From a virus (lineage: Duplodnaviria; Heunggongvirae; Uroviricota; Caudoviricetes): a DNA stretch of 64,000 bases. Shown one piece after another: positions 10,189 to 19,454 of this stretch (its first letter is position 1; each line of letters starts with the position of its first letter). The notes under the pieces were generated by a model. The model saw only the letters and a list, made by a program, of their open reading frames with translations. It made no database searches and was not told where the DNA came from. Both the position numbers and the translations under genes were made by a program. The stretch lies in IMG/VR virus record IMGVR_UViG_2879469214_000003, positions 1-64,000 of that record, one strand, 5' to 3'.

Positions 10189-10280
10189 AATGGTACAACC
10201 TCCTTTTAAGTCGTGTACACAGTTATACCAGATTGAGATATTCTGTTCTATTTGTGTACAGATGTAGCCTCTATAGGATG

Positions 10281-10330
10281 ATTGTACCATCTAATATAAT
10301 GATTGTACAGTATTATTTTTGTGTATTTAA
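10281..10330 (-). promoter_or_regulatory. repeat motif (variant TTAAATACACAAAAATAATAC) plus sigmaA-like promoter TGTACA-17-TACAAT
   Basis: Motif abuts the -35. Reading direction is minus. Upstream of the actin-like gene. Confidence 0.5.
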
Positions 10331-10385
10331 AACTAAATACTCAATTTTTACCTATTGCCTTTCTTCAAGTAAAATTGATGTTTCA

Positions 10386-10877
10386 TCAGGATTTAGCCTT
10401 CAAAAAATGTTGATATCTCAAGGATAATTCAGTCAACCATTCATGATTGTCACAATTTTCGCTGCGTGTGTCCAAAGCAAGGTCAATCATTGAAGATAAT
10501 TGCTCAACAGTTAGATCAACATCATCAATTTCCACATCACAGTAAAAGTTGACAATCTCGTTGTACTTACTTGGGTTAGCTATACCGTTAGACTTGTTTT
10601 CTATGTATAGTTCTAAGTTCACTTTAGCTTCAGGATACTCTTTCTTAATCATGTTGACTGCCTCATGGTATGTAAACTTTCTCAGGTGATCTCCATCAAA
10701 CTGAAAATAGATAATGAAACTATTAAAATGAAGTCTTCTTAATGTGTAGTCGTATGATACTGTTTTTTGATCGAAGATGTATTCCATGTCCAATTTCTTA
10801 TCTTTAAAAGCTGGATAGAATACTCTCAAGTGTTTATCGAAGAGTTTAAACAAATTCTTATCGTTCAGTTTTATCAT
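10386..10877 (-). CDS. hypothetical protein
   Basis: 163 aa ORF with RBS GAAAGGGA-N7-ATG. Confidence 0.4.
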   Translation of the reverse strand: MIKLNDKNLFKLFDKHLRVFYPAFKDKKLDMEYIFDQKTVSYDYTLRRLHFNSFIIYFQFDGDHLRKFTYHEAVNMIKKEYPEAKVNLELYIENKSNGIANPSKYNEIVNFYCDVEIDDVDLTVEQLSSMIDLALDTRSENCDNHEWLTELSLRYQHFLKAKS

Positions 10878-11059
10878 ATGTATTTCCCTTTCTGTTAGTA
10901 GTGATCATTCTCGCTTTGGTAATACTCCAAGTCGTAATTCAATTGCCACTCTACAAGTTTTACTATGTATCTGTCATACTTCTCTTTCTCAATTAATCCC
11001 TCTTCATATTTACTGTTTAAGTAGTTCATATAATTTTGGATCTGAATAATGCATCACCT

Positions 11060-11617
11060 CTATTCTCGGTTTGATCGTAAATCTAGGACTTGTTCCTTCC
11101 TTGTCTTTAGCTCTTCTAAAATTAACTCTTCAGGAATCAAATTGCCGAATCCAACACTATTTTTGGTAAATGGACTGTCAATTCCTACATTGATTTGATT
11201 CACATAATTCGATGGTCTACTATGAATATGTCCATGAATCGAATAAGCATTTGGTGTTAATCCAATTTCAATCGGATAGTGGAAAAGGAATAGATGCTGC
11301 TTATTGATCTTTCTAACAATCATGTTTTCAACTTCTTCGAAGTGATGAGCCATTTTCTTTACTGCGTTAGCATTGTCATGGTTACCAACAGCTAAATGAA
11401 TTTTGCCATTTAGTCTTGGAATGATACTCTCCCATCTAGTGATTCCACCAAATACAAGGTCACCAAGATGATAAACCGTATCATTGCTGCTTACTGTGTT
11501 ATTCCATTGTTCAATTAGGTATTTGTTCATCTCTTCAGTTGTATTGAATGGTCTGTTCTCATGCTGAATGATATTATTATGTGAGAAGTGGCTGTCCGAT
11601 GTATACCAAACTGACAA
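11060..11617 (-). CDS. metallophosphoesterase (YfcE/MJ0936-type)
   Basis: 185 aa. GDLVFGG, GNHD, GHIH motifs. Confidence 0.7.
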   Translation of the reverse strand: MSVWYTSDSHFSHNNIIQHENRPFNTTEEMNKYLIEQWNNTVSSNDTVYHLGDLVFGGITRWESIIPRLNGKIHLAVGNHDNANAVKKMAHHFEEVENMIVRKINKQHLFLFHYPIEIGLTPNAYSIHGHIHSRPSNYVNQINVGIDSPFTKNSVGFGNLIPEELILEELKTRKEQVLDLRSNRE

Positions 11618-11618
11618 T

Positions 11619-12053
11619 TTACTTATCCTCCTTAACCTTTAAAGGCGTGTAACAATCTGAACAAATAATCCATGTACATGTATCTAAGCAATTTGAAAAC
11701 TGATACCACTTAGATGGCACAAAATACTCTTTAGTTGATATGAATTTTGGTGTATCTTCACAGTTCCGACAGTATAAAAAGTCGGTGTTACTGTTTAGTC
11801 TTGCTGATGGTTTATAGCCGTATATGCCTAAGTGCTTATTTACTTTTTTCATCTTTTCTCCGTTAGTACATATATAAATGTTTGATAAGGAATAATCACG
11901 ATGATTGCCCCAATCATGAACCACAACAAGTGACCCCAAGTAAATACCAGCTTGCCTTTTACCACACGTATAAATACAACCAGACTGAAGATTAAACATA
12001 GAGCCAACAAAGCATTGAAAATTATATTTACTATATGAACCTCTCCTTTTCAA
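11619..12053 (-). CDS. Cys-rich hypothetical protein (zinc ribbon)
   Basis: Several CxxC pairs. The real start may be an internal Met. Confidence 0.3.
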   Translation of the reverse strand: MKRRGSYSKYNFQCFVGSMFNLQSGCIYTCGKRQAGIYLGSLVVVHDWGNHRDYSLSNIYICTNGEKMKKVNKHLGIYGYKPSARLNSNTDFLYCRNCEDTPKFISTKEYFVPSKWYQFSNCLDTCTWIICSDCYTPLKVKEDK

Positions 12054-12080
12054 TTCAAATGCATCTTTTACTTAAACATC

Positions 12081-12452
12081 CTATGTATTATTTTTCTTCA
12101 AAATCCGAACCATTAAATCATTGGTAATCTTCAAATCTTCACTGTGTAGTGCATGAATTATATCTAATGCTCTCATCTGTTCAACTGACATTTTACTGTT
12201 TAAGTTAATTGGCTGCATAAACAATAGCTCATACGTAGTAACACCTAATGTATCCGCAATGTTTTCTAATTTACCCATGCGCGGTTCATTCCTACCACTT
12301 TCCCAATAGCCTATGGTAGCACCTGACACACCTAGCTTTTGACCCAACTCTTCCTTCGATAACTCCATTCTTTCACGGAACCTCTTCAAATTACGTGCAA
12401 AATTTAATTCACTCATGTTGAACCTCCTATTTGATTTTCTTAATAATAGCAA
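12081..12452 (-). CDS. XRE-family helix-turn-helix transcriptional regulator
   Basis: HTH LSKEELGQKLGVSGATIGYWESG. The start is probably the internal Met (MSELNF). Confidence 0.6.
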   Translation of the reverse strand: MLLLRKSNRRFNMSELNFARNLKRFRERMELSKEELGQKLGVSGATIGYWESGRNEPRMGKLENIADTLGVTTYELLFMQPINLNSKMSVEQMRALDIIHALHSEDLKITNDLMVRILKKNNT

Positions 12453-12506
12453 TCACTATTACTTTTGATCAAATATAAGTTTCATTTAAACTATGTATTC
12501 TATGTA

Positions 12507-13166
12507 TTAAGTGAATGCTGGTCTTAGTTTCTTTATAGCACACTTATATTGATAATGAGTCGCCTGTCTAGTTTGATTTATCCCTTCACCAATCTCAGTG
12601 ACTCCCATACCATCAAAAAAGAACTTCTTAGCAACGTATCTCTCTTTTTCATTAAGCTTCGTATCTAGTAATTCTTTTAATTGATTATTAAACTCATCTT
12701 CTTCCACCTGATTAAGTTTAGTGTGTTCATCATTGGCTAGAATTTCTGAAATTAATTTATCTGCACCATCGCTCGTTTTACCAATAGGCGTCTCAAGACT
12801 TACGGTTTGAAACGAATTGCGACACTTCATACGCTTGTGACGTTCAGCTTTGACAAATTCCATCCACACAACATTTCCAATATAGGTAGATAGTTTAGTA
12901 TCTTTACTTGTGTCATATGTATCAAAAGCTTTTACTAATCCTATTGATCCTATTCCAACTAAGTCATCCAAGTCGTCTTTGAAACCAAACTCCTTCCACT
13001 TGTGAGCAAGTTTAACTACAATGCGAATATTATTGTTGATTACTTGGTTTCTTAGTTCCTTATCATTTGTCTCTTTCGCGAGTTTGATCATTGCTTCATT
13101 ATCAAAACTTGGATCATAATGTCTCATCATATTATCAAAATTCATTTGTCTCACCTTTTTGTACAC
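12507..13166 (-). CDS. sigma-70 family sigma factor (phage-encoded)
   Basis: Region 2 (DLVGIGSIGLVKAFDTYD) and region 4 HTH (MGVTEIGEGINQTRQATHYQYKCAIKKLR). Confidence 0.7.
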   Translation of the reverse strand: MYKKVRQMNFDNMMRHYDPSFDNEAMIKLAKETNDKELRNQVINNNIRIVVKLAHKWKEFGFKDDLDDLVGIGSIGLVKAFDTYDTSKDTKLSTYIGNVVWMEFVKAERHKRMKCRNSFQTVSLETPIGKTSDGADKLISEILANDEHTKLNQVEEDEFNNQLKELLDTKLNEKERYVAKKFFFDGMGVTEIGEGINQTRQATHYQYKCAIKKLRPAFT

Positions 13167-13398
13167 TATGTTTGATGTACAATCCTTCTTCTGTAATTTC
13201 TAATAAGTTGATCTGCTTACCGTATGCACATGCCCCATCTATACCAATCTTGTCTCCTTTAGGATCGAACCAAATTTCAGCAGAACCGTGTAAATGAATT
13301 GCTGGAGTATGCCCAAAAATTACTTTCTTTTTTAGACTGGTGAAATTGTGATAGAATTGCTCTCTAATCCATATAAAATCAGACTCAGAAGTGTTTTT

Positions 13399-13886
13399 TC
13401 AGTTACTTAACATTGGATTGATTCCTGCATGAACGTATATATGTCTCTCGTCCTCATGACACAGCGACAATACATCAAGAAAATCAATGTGGTGCTGATA
13501 ATGTTTACGTATATACTCTTTTACTTCTATGTATTTATCCCAGTCGAATCCTTCTTCGAAATAATCTCCACCAATGTAGCCAATTAGTGTTGTGAACCCA
13601 CCATTATTAAGCCATTGAGCATCATAGAGCTCATCATCATTTTTTAGTGCTGCTACCATCATGTCATCGTGATTACCTTTTAACGCTACAACATCATGAT
13701 CAAACTTTAGCTTTATAATCTGTTCAATGACTTGCTTACTTTTCATGCCTCTATCTACATAATCTCCGAGTAATATTAATTGATCATTTGTTGAATCATA
13801 TTTGTTTTTATTGAGTATTAAATTAAATTCATCAAGGCATCCATGAATGTCGCTAACAACGAGTTTTCTGATGTTTTGAGCCTCAT
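13399..13886 (-). CDS. Ser/Thr phosphatase-type metallophosphoesterase (PrpE/ApaH-like) with apparent -1 frameshift in an A-run
   Basis: Downstream frame gives KLVVSDIHGC, GDYVDRG, GNHD. It has no ATG. The ATG at 13884-13886 (MRLK) is in another frame and joins if the run at about 13874-13877 had one more base. Confidence 0.5.
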
Positions 13887-13926
13887 TTCCATTGATTTAT
13901 TATATAAATTACATTAAAATTATCAT

Positions 13927-13942
13927 ATTGCAGGGGTGCAAT
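13927..13942. promoter_or_regulatory. palindromic operator-like site ATTGCA-N4-TGCAAT
   Basis: Perfect 6-bp inverted repeat in the divergent AT-rich region, between the sigma-factor operon start and the plus-strand membrane gene. Confidence 0.35.
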
Positions 13943-14096
13943 AGTCGAAGGTTTAATAGGGAGCAGTCATTACCTTAATTGGTGTGACTGCTTTTTTGAT
14001 GAAGCAAGTGTTTTATAAAATTATAAAAATTTTAACTTTATTATGAATCTGATTTCATAGTAGCTACGTATAGATTAATAAAAGGAGTGGTCATAA

Positions 14097-14819
14097 ATGG
14101 AAGAAAAGGTCGGATTGAATTTTTACTCTAATCTAAAAGAAATATTAGATTTTTATGATGAGGAGCTATCAAGCAAAAAACTAATTCCAACAACTAAATT
14201 GGATGCTTTGTACGTATGGACTGCTTTGGCTTTAATTGTAAGTGGGACAACACTCCTTTTTATCAGTCTAGGCAACTTTAAATCTCTTCTTTCAGTTCTC
14301 CTTTCAACTTTGGCAATTGTACTGCTTTTATCCGCTTTGGGTTTGATGCAACTTATAGTCAATTCAAGGGGTAAAACCGTGAAATTATACTTTGGTGATG
14401 GTGAAAAACAGCAGTACTTAACGCTTGAAAATAAAAGATCAAGTAAAAACGAAAATAATATTCTCTTTGCATATCGAACTGATAGAATCGCAAGTAAATT
14501 GAATGAAATGGGAATATATAAAGTCGAACACATTACAGCTATCGCTGAGCACTTAGAGAGCCACAGTCAAAACACTAAAAGTATAAAATGGCTTCCTATC
14601 GGCATTTTTGGATTGTTCTTAATTCCTCTGTGGACAGAATTTGTAGGCAAATACTTAAGCGGCACTTCTTCTGTTATTTTCTTAATCCTATTAGGGTCGG
14701 TACTTGCTACTGTTGTATACTTGCTGAATATTGCTTTCAGGATTATCCTATGGCCTGAAACTGATAAGCAGATAGAGATTGCTACCATCATGAAAATTTT
14801 ATTAACTTCTAGAGTTTAA
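14097..14819 (+). CDS. 4-TM membrane protein (plus-strand insertion, candidate superinfection-exclusion or Abi-type protein)
   Basis: 240 aa. Two hydrophobic hairpins (residues about 40-85 and 165-215). RBS AAAGGAGTG. Opposite strand to its neighbours. Own terminator. Confidence 0.55.
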   Translation: MEEKVGLNFYSNLKEILDFYDEELSSKKLIPTTKLDALYVWTALALIVSGTTLLFISLGNFKSLLSVLLSTLAIVLLLSALGLMQLIVNSRGKTVKLYFGDGEKQQYLTLENKRSSKNENNILFAYRTDRIASKLNEMGIYKVEHITAIAEHLESHSQNTKSIKWLPIGIFGLFLIPLWTEFVGKYLSGTSSVIFLILLGSVLATVVYLLNIAFRIILWPETDKQIEIATIMKILLTSRV

Positions 14820-14830
14820 TCAGATCCAAA

Positions 14831-14855
14831 GAGGGAGAGCCACTCCCTTTTTTTT
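14831..14855. terminator. rho-independent terminator between convergent genes
   Basis: GGGAG-agcca-CTCCC followed by T8. Confidence 0.6.
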
Positions 14856-14862
14856 GATCAAA

Positions 14863-15219
14863 CTAGACTTTCACAGACTTTTGTTTGTTAATCAGAGCCT
14901 CTATTTCTTTTAACTTTTCTAAGCTTAGCGATCCAACTTTCTCTCTCAGGCTGACCACTAGATCCCTGCGTTCATTTGCTCGATTAACTCTATCCCAGTA
15001 TTCATTGGGGTTAATAAATGCTTTGTAATGTCCCAATACCCCATTGTTATTGGTCAGAGTTCTCTTATCCAATCTAATGGGATGTTTATCTCCTTCTTGA
15101 GAAACGTATACACTTGATGTATTTACTTTTTGTACGATGTATTCTTTTAAATTTGTTTCTTTATATAGAAAGCCACTGATATTCACATAAAGCGTCTGAC
15201 CAACTTCAATATTTTTCAT
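14863..15219 (-). CDS. hypothetical protein
   Basis: 118 aa ORF. Confidence 0.4.
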   Translation of the reverse strand: MKNIEVGQTLYVNISGFLYKETNLKEYIVQKVNTSSVYVSQEGDKHPIRLDKRTLTNNNGVLGHYKAFINPNEYWDRVNRANERRDLVVSLREKVGSLSLEKLKEIEALINKQKSVKV

Positions 15220-15638
15220 TATTCAGCCTCCAATAGTTCGGGATTATCGTGAATGTTTCCAACAATTTCGCACTCATCCGATACATAAGCATAGTCATAA
15301 CTTAGTGGCTGATCTCCCAAATGCCACGCATATTCTCTATATTCGATCATCTCATTATGATATGTAGGATATGTATTCTCTGGATTTTCGTATAGATCGG
15401 GAACTTTAAAGATGTCTTTGTCATAGGCTGCAACACCATTTTTATCTTTTAGTCCTATGCATTTACTAACAGTAGACGCCTCTACCAAATACCAATGCGT
15501 AGTGTTAAAGTAATCATCATGCCAATCGACAATTTCACCAACAATCACGTCATCTCCAATCAAGTATCCGTAAACCCATTCACCTGTTTCAATGTGTTTT
15601 CCACGATGCTTATTGCTCATATTTATCCACTCCTTCAT
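15219..15638 (-). CDS. hypothetical protein
   Basis: 139 aa ORF. Confidence 0.4.
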   Translation of the reverse strand: MKEWINMSNKHRGKHIETGEWVYGYLIGDDVIVGEIVDWHDDYFNTTHWYLVEASTVSKCIGLKDKNGVAAYDKDIFKVPDLYENPENTYPTYHNEMIEYREYAWHLGDQPLSYDYAYVSDECEIVGNIHDNPELLEAE

Positions 15639-15960
15639 GACCCAAGCTGACCTCCAAAGTCAGTAGCACCAACTCGATGTCTTCCATGTTTATCGTGTGG
15701 TCTGACTCTCGCAGCATCGTTACTCCAAGCCGTTCCAAAAATTTATAGTCTAAGACCCATCCACCTTCACTATCAGCATGCCGCGGGAATTTGATTTTAC
15801 GTGCCTCATCAAGCTCCTTGCGAAGCCGTTCTGTTTCACCAAGAAGAAAAAATACATCATTCGTAAGTTCACTCGTGTCACTCCAGCCCGGGCTGTTTGC
15901 ATCGTAGATCATTCGTTCCGTTGCCCGTTTTCTGATTTCTTCTTCCCAATTCATAATCAT
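15610..15960 (-). CDS. hypothetical protein
   Basis: 116 aa ORF. Confidence 0.35.
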   Translation of the reverse strand: MIMNWEEEIRKRATERMIYDANSPGWSDTSELTNDVFFLLGETERLRKELDEARKIKFPRHADSEGGWVLDYKFLERLGVTMLRESDHTINMEDIELVLLTLEVSLGHEGVDKYEQ

Positions 15961-16004
15961 TCTTCCTCCTCTATTATTCTGTGTAAAATTAGATTTTCTT
16001 GGAC

Positions 16005-16331
16005 TTATTTATTGCCTGTGAGTTTCCATTGTTCAAAAACTTCTTGAGATTTATCGCTAAAGTTAAACCATTCAGGAGCAATCTTTAATGACTTAACGGT
16101 TTCGATTACACAATTTTCACACAGATCAAATTTCCACTTCTCTCGCTCATAAACACTTCCTTCTTTAAAGTTTACATGAAACTCATAGGAGAAATTTTCC
16201 CAAACATAGTGATCCACTTGTTCATATTTCGTTGTCTTGCCACATTTATTACATGTTGTTGATTCGTGAATCTCTTTTTCTTCTGTTATTGTCTCTTTGC
16301 GATAGTTCTTCATTTTCACATCTCCATTCAT
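16005..16331 (-). CDS. zinc-ribbon hypothetical protein
   Basis: 108 aa. CNKCG...CENC. Confidence 0.4.
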   Translation of the reverse strand: MNGDVKMKNYRKETITEEKEIHESTTCNKCGKTTKYEQVDHYVWENFSYEFHVNFKEGSVYEREKWKFDLCENCVIETVKSLKIAPEWFNFSDKSQEVFEQWKLTGNK

Positions 16332-16351
16332 TTAATCTCAACCTATATGTA

Positions 16352-16912
16352 TTAAAAATTGTTGGTGGCAATTGCAATGGCTATATGGCGTTTCTCTGAC
16401 TGAGTTTCTTTGATATCCTTGTTGATGGCTGCCAATTCGTTCTCTAAACTTGCAATTAAATTGTCGCATTCGATGCGAACATTTTCTGATCGAGTCTTGT
16501 ACTTTTTATATTTTAATACAGCAATCTCAGCTTCATATTTGATTGACAGTTCTTCTGCTTTCTTCCGTTTCGCCATTTCTGATCTATGTATTTTGCGTAA
16601 TTCTTTTTTGTAAAAATCCACTATTCTATCTCTAAATGAAATATGATCACGGTTGTCTCTGTCGATATCATACATTGTTGTGACTAAGTTACCTTCCATG
16701 TTTAAATAAATCGCGATCTTCTTAGCATATGAAAACATGTGACCATCAACACCTTCATTGTCTGGAACTATACCAATGTATTCGGCTGTTTTCAGTAGTG
16801 ATCTGACATACTCCGTTGCGGATCTCTTGTTCTTACCAAAGTTCGGATATCGTTCTTGCACACGTAAGAAGGCGTGCTGGGAGATTTCTATGTTATTCAC
16901 TTTAAAGTTCAT
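16352..16912 (-). CDS. hypothetical protein with C-terminal coiled coil
   Basis: 186 aa ORF. Confidence 0.4.
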   Translation of the reverse strand: MNFKVNNIEISQHAFLRVQERYPNFGKNKRSATEYVRSLLKTAEYIGIVPDNEGVDGHMFSYAKKIAIYLNMEGNLVTTMYDIDRDNRDHISFRDRIVDFYKKELRKIHRSEMAKRKKAEELSIKYEAEIAVLKYKKYKTRSENVRIECDNLIASLENELAAINKDIKETQSEKRHIAIAIATNNF

Positions 16913-16966
16913 GTTAACAACTCCTTGTTATATGTAATTTAAATTTTGATAAAAGACGGCTTTTAC

Positions 16967-17254
16967 TTAAACAATGACTTTTCCTTCTAACCGATCATAT
17001 GCAGCCTTAACTCTTTCTGAAACTTCTATGTATGAATCTTTGTTCTGATATAGATCAATAACCTCACCATTTTCAACGATAAAACGATTATAGTAGTATT
17101 GAATATGTTTCTTATTGTCCTCTATCTTTACTGTTTGTCCAAGTATTACACACTTCTTAATCTTATATCGTACTTCCTCAAACGAATCGCAACTTAGATA
17201 ACTCTTCATACACAGTTGACTGTAATTATCAATTACACTTGGCTTAATTTTCAT
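16967..17254 (-). CDS. hypothetical protein
   Basis: 95 aa ORF. Confidence 0.35.
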   Translation of the reverse strand: MKIKPSVIDNYSQLCMKSYLSCDSFEEVRYKIKKCVILGQTVKIEDNKKHIQYYYNRFIVENGEVIDLYQNKDSYIEVSERVKAAYDRLEGKVIV

Positions 17255-17277
17255 ATGTATTCTTCCTCCTATTGTTC

Positions 17278-17424
17278 ATAACGTTCATCAATATATGTAT
17301 AGCAGAGCTCTCGTTCTTTTGCATCCTTACCCGCTTCGTAACACATCTTCCTGTGCGCCTCACGAACACCTTCAAAGCATTTACACCAGAATAGATATTG
17401 AATTAGTTTGTTGAGCATATGTAT
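17278..17424 (-). CDS. small Cys-containing hypothetical protein (49 aa)
   Basis: RBS GAAAGGGTG-ataatacat-ATG. Not in the ORF track because it is under 60 aa. Confidence 0.25.
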
Positions 17425-17426
17425 TA

Positions 17427-17906
17427 TCACCCTTTCAGTGACATAAGTAGTATTGATATAAAATTGAATGCTGCATGACTTATTATAGGGACCAACAAAC
17501 TATTACTTTTCTTGTAATACCAACACCAGACGAATCCGATAAACACATATCCTATAAATGCTGTTGGATTGAAGTGTGGTATTGCGAATGCGACTGAACT
17601 TACTAGAGCCGCAATCGTGAATCCTAGTTTTTTGCTTAGACGTTTAAATATAAGACCTCTACATATGTACTCTTCTATCATGGGACTAAATGTGACGCTG
17701 TAAATGTATAGAACTGGGATTGATACAGGTGTATTCAGTATTGTAGCAGTCTCAATGTATTTACTTGTCAATGAGTTGATCAGACTGAAACCTATAAAAG
17801 CGAACATCGTTGAGTATAGTATATTTTCAATGTTATTTCTGTGTTTAAAAGTACTTAGTCCAGCAGACAACTTATGTTTGTTTTTGATAATGAACCAAAA
17901 GAGCAA
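17427..17906 (-). CDS. CPBP-family intramembrane metalloprotease (CAAX protease / bacteriocin-immunity type)
   Basis: EExxxR (EEYICRGLIF), FxxxH (FAIPHF), HAAFNF motifs. The TTG start at 17906 lacks an RBS. An ATG with RBS AGGAGGG at about 17972 is in the +1 frame and would add an N-terminal TM helix if an A-run were one base shorter. Confidence 0.55.
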   Translation of the reverse strand: MLFWFIIKNKHKLSAGLSTFKHRNNIENILYSTMFAFIGFSLINSLTSKYIETATILNTPVSIPVLYIYSVTFSPMIEEYICRGLIFKRLSKKLGFTIAALVSSVAFAIPHFNPTAFIGYVFIGFVWCWYYKKSNSLLVPIISHAAFNFISILLMSLKG

Positions 17907-17971
17907 AATTGGTGGTACTAATACTAGTACAATCTTTTCTATAACAGATCACCTTCTTTATCATTTGTTCC

Positions 17972-18010
17972 CTCCTAAAAGAAAAAAGTACAGGTTCTCT
18001 TTGACCTGTA
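17972..18010 (-). terminator. rho-independent terminator (minus-strand direction) downstream of DHFR
   Basis: TACAGGT-tctctttg-ACCTGTA, followed in the minus orientation by a T-rich run (CTTTTTTCTTTT). Confidence 0.55.
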
Positions 18011-18013
18011 CTC

Positions 18014-18064
18014 AGTTTATCATCTATAATATTGTTTGTCTAGTGTTATTTTAGTGTAATTATT
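18014..18064 (-). promoter_or_regulatory. repeat motif (TAATTACACTAAAATAACAC) plus promoter TAGACA-17-TAAACT
   Basis: Motif overlaps the DHFR stop codon. The predicted TSS falls inside the 5' arm of the downstream terminator hairpin. Confidence 0.45.
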
Positions 18065-18554
18065 TTCTTTTTAAGTGTCTAACTTTGATTTTATATATCT
18101 CAGCATCCTCAGTTGTTTCCATTGTTTCTTCGGTGTATATATCCCATTCATCTCCATTAAAATTTGGAAAATAAGAATCACCATGAAATGTATGTTGTAT
18201 CTCATTGATATATAAGTCTTCAACAATCGGTATGAATTGTTCGTAAACTTTAGAACCACCAATAATGAAGGTTTCGTTGTGTGAGTCAGCGGACAACTTC
18301 AATACATCATCTATATTATTAACAATAATACAGCCCTTCTGGTTATAATCAGAATTACTAGTTAGAATAACATTAGTTCGATTAGGTAAAGTTTTTCCAA
18401 TTGATTCGTAGGTTTTTCTACCCATTATTACGTTAGCACCAGTTGTCTTTTCTTTAAAATAAGTCAGATCCCATGGTATATGCCAAGGCAGTTTACCTTT
18501 ACTGCCAATTAAGCCATTTTTATCTGTAGCCACAATTATCGAAAGCTTACTCAT
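18060..18554 (-). CDS. dfrA: dihydrofolate reductase
   Basis: 164 aa. [31 protein letters not shown]...[12 protein letters not shown]. Confidence 0.85.
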   Translation of the reverse strand: MSKLSIIVATDKNGLIGSKGKLPWHIPWDLTYFKEKTTGANVIMGRKTYESIGKTLPNRTNVILTSNSDYNQKGCIIVNNIDDVLKLSADSHNETFIIGGSKVYEQFIPIVEDLYINEIQHTFHGDSYFPNFNGDEWDIYTEETMETTEDAEIYKIKVRHLKRK

Positions 18555-19396
18555 ACAGAAACCTTTCCTTTGATTGCAGGATGCGGATTATAATCCTCTA
18601 CAATAAAATCATCATATGTAAAGCCGAAGATATCTTCTACATTAGGATTGAGTTTGACACGAGGAAGTTCTTTAGGTTCTCGGCTGATTTGTGTTTTAAT
18701 CTGTTCAATGTGATTTGTATAAATGTGTACATCTCCCCCAGAGTAGATTAAATCTCCCACTTCCAGATCACATACTTGAGCTACCATCATAGTTAAAAGT
18801 CCATAGCAAGCTAAATTAAATGGCAGCCCAAGGAAAACATCGGTTGAACGCATATTAAATTTACAAGATAGTTTGCCATAAGCGACATAGAACTGGAAGG
18901 CAAAATGGCAAGGAGGAAGTTTCATGTCTCTTATTTCGCCAACGTTCCAAGCCGATACTAAATGTCTGCGGGAATCAGGATTTGTCTTTATTAATTGAAT
19001 GATATTAGAGATCTGATCAATTGTTTCATCGGTCAAAACTTTCATATCTAAATCTTCATCATATTGTATATCTGCCACCTGCCATTCTCGCCACTGAGAA
19101 CCGTATACTGGCCCCAATTCCCCGTTTTCATCAGCCCATTCATCCCAAATTCGTACTCCATGTTCCTTTAGATAGGCGATATTTGTATTCCCACTCAAGA
19201 ACCAAAGCAGCTCATGAATGACCGATTTGAGATGAATACGTTTAGTAGTTAAAAAAGGAGCTCCTTTACTTAAGTCGTGACGAATTGTATAGTCAAATAC
19301 CGATATAGTTCCAGTACTAGTTCTATCTTCTTTAAATACCCCATTCTCAAGTACATATTTACATAATTCAATATAATCCATGTCTAATTTGTTCAA
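18551..19396 (-). CDS. thyA: thymidylate synthase (ThyA type)
   Basis: 281 aa. Active site [12 protein letters not shown] and ThyA-like flanks. Confidence 0.9.
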   Translation of the reverse strand: MNKLDMDYIELCKYVLENGVFKEDRTSTGTISVFDYTIRHDLSKGAPFLTTKRIHLKSVIHELLWFLSGNTNIAYLKEHGVRIWDEWADENGELGPVYGSQWREWQVADIQYDEDLDMKVLTDETIDQISNIIQLIKTNPDSRRHLVSAWNVGEIRDMKLPPCHFAFQFYVAYGKLSCKFNMRSTDVFLGLPFNLACYGLLTMMVAQVCDLEVGDLIYSGGDVHIYTNHIEQIKTQISREPKELPRVKLNPNVEDIFGFTYDDFIVEDYNPHPAIKGKVSV

Positions 19397-19454
19397 ATTG
19401 TATCTCCTTTAATTTCAAGTAAAAAGGCAGTGGATTCACCACCGCCCATATGTA

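Noticed and set aside
10278-10310. Direct repeat GATTGTAC x2 upstream of the actin-like gene as parC-like iterons
   Set aside because: The two copies are simply the -10 (TACAAT) and -35 (TGTACA) elements of the promoter read on the other strand.
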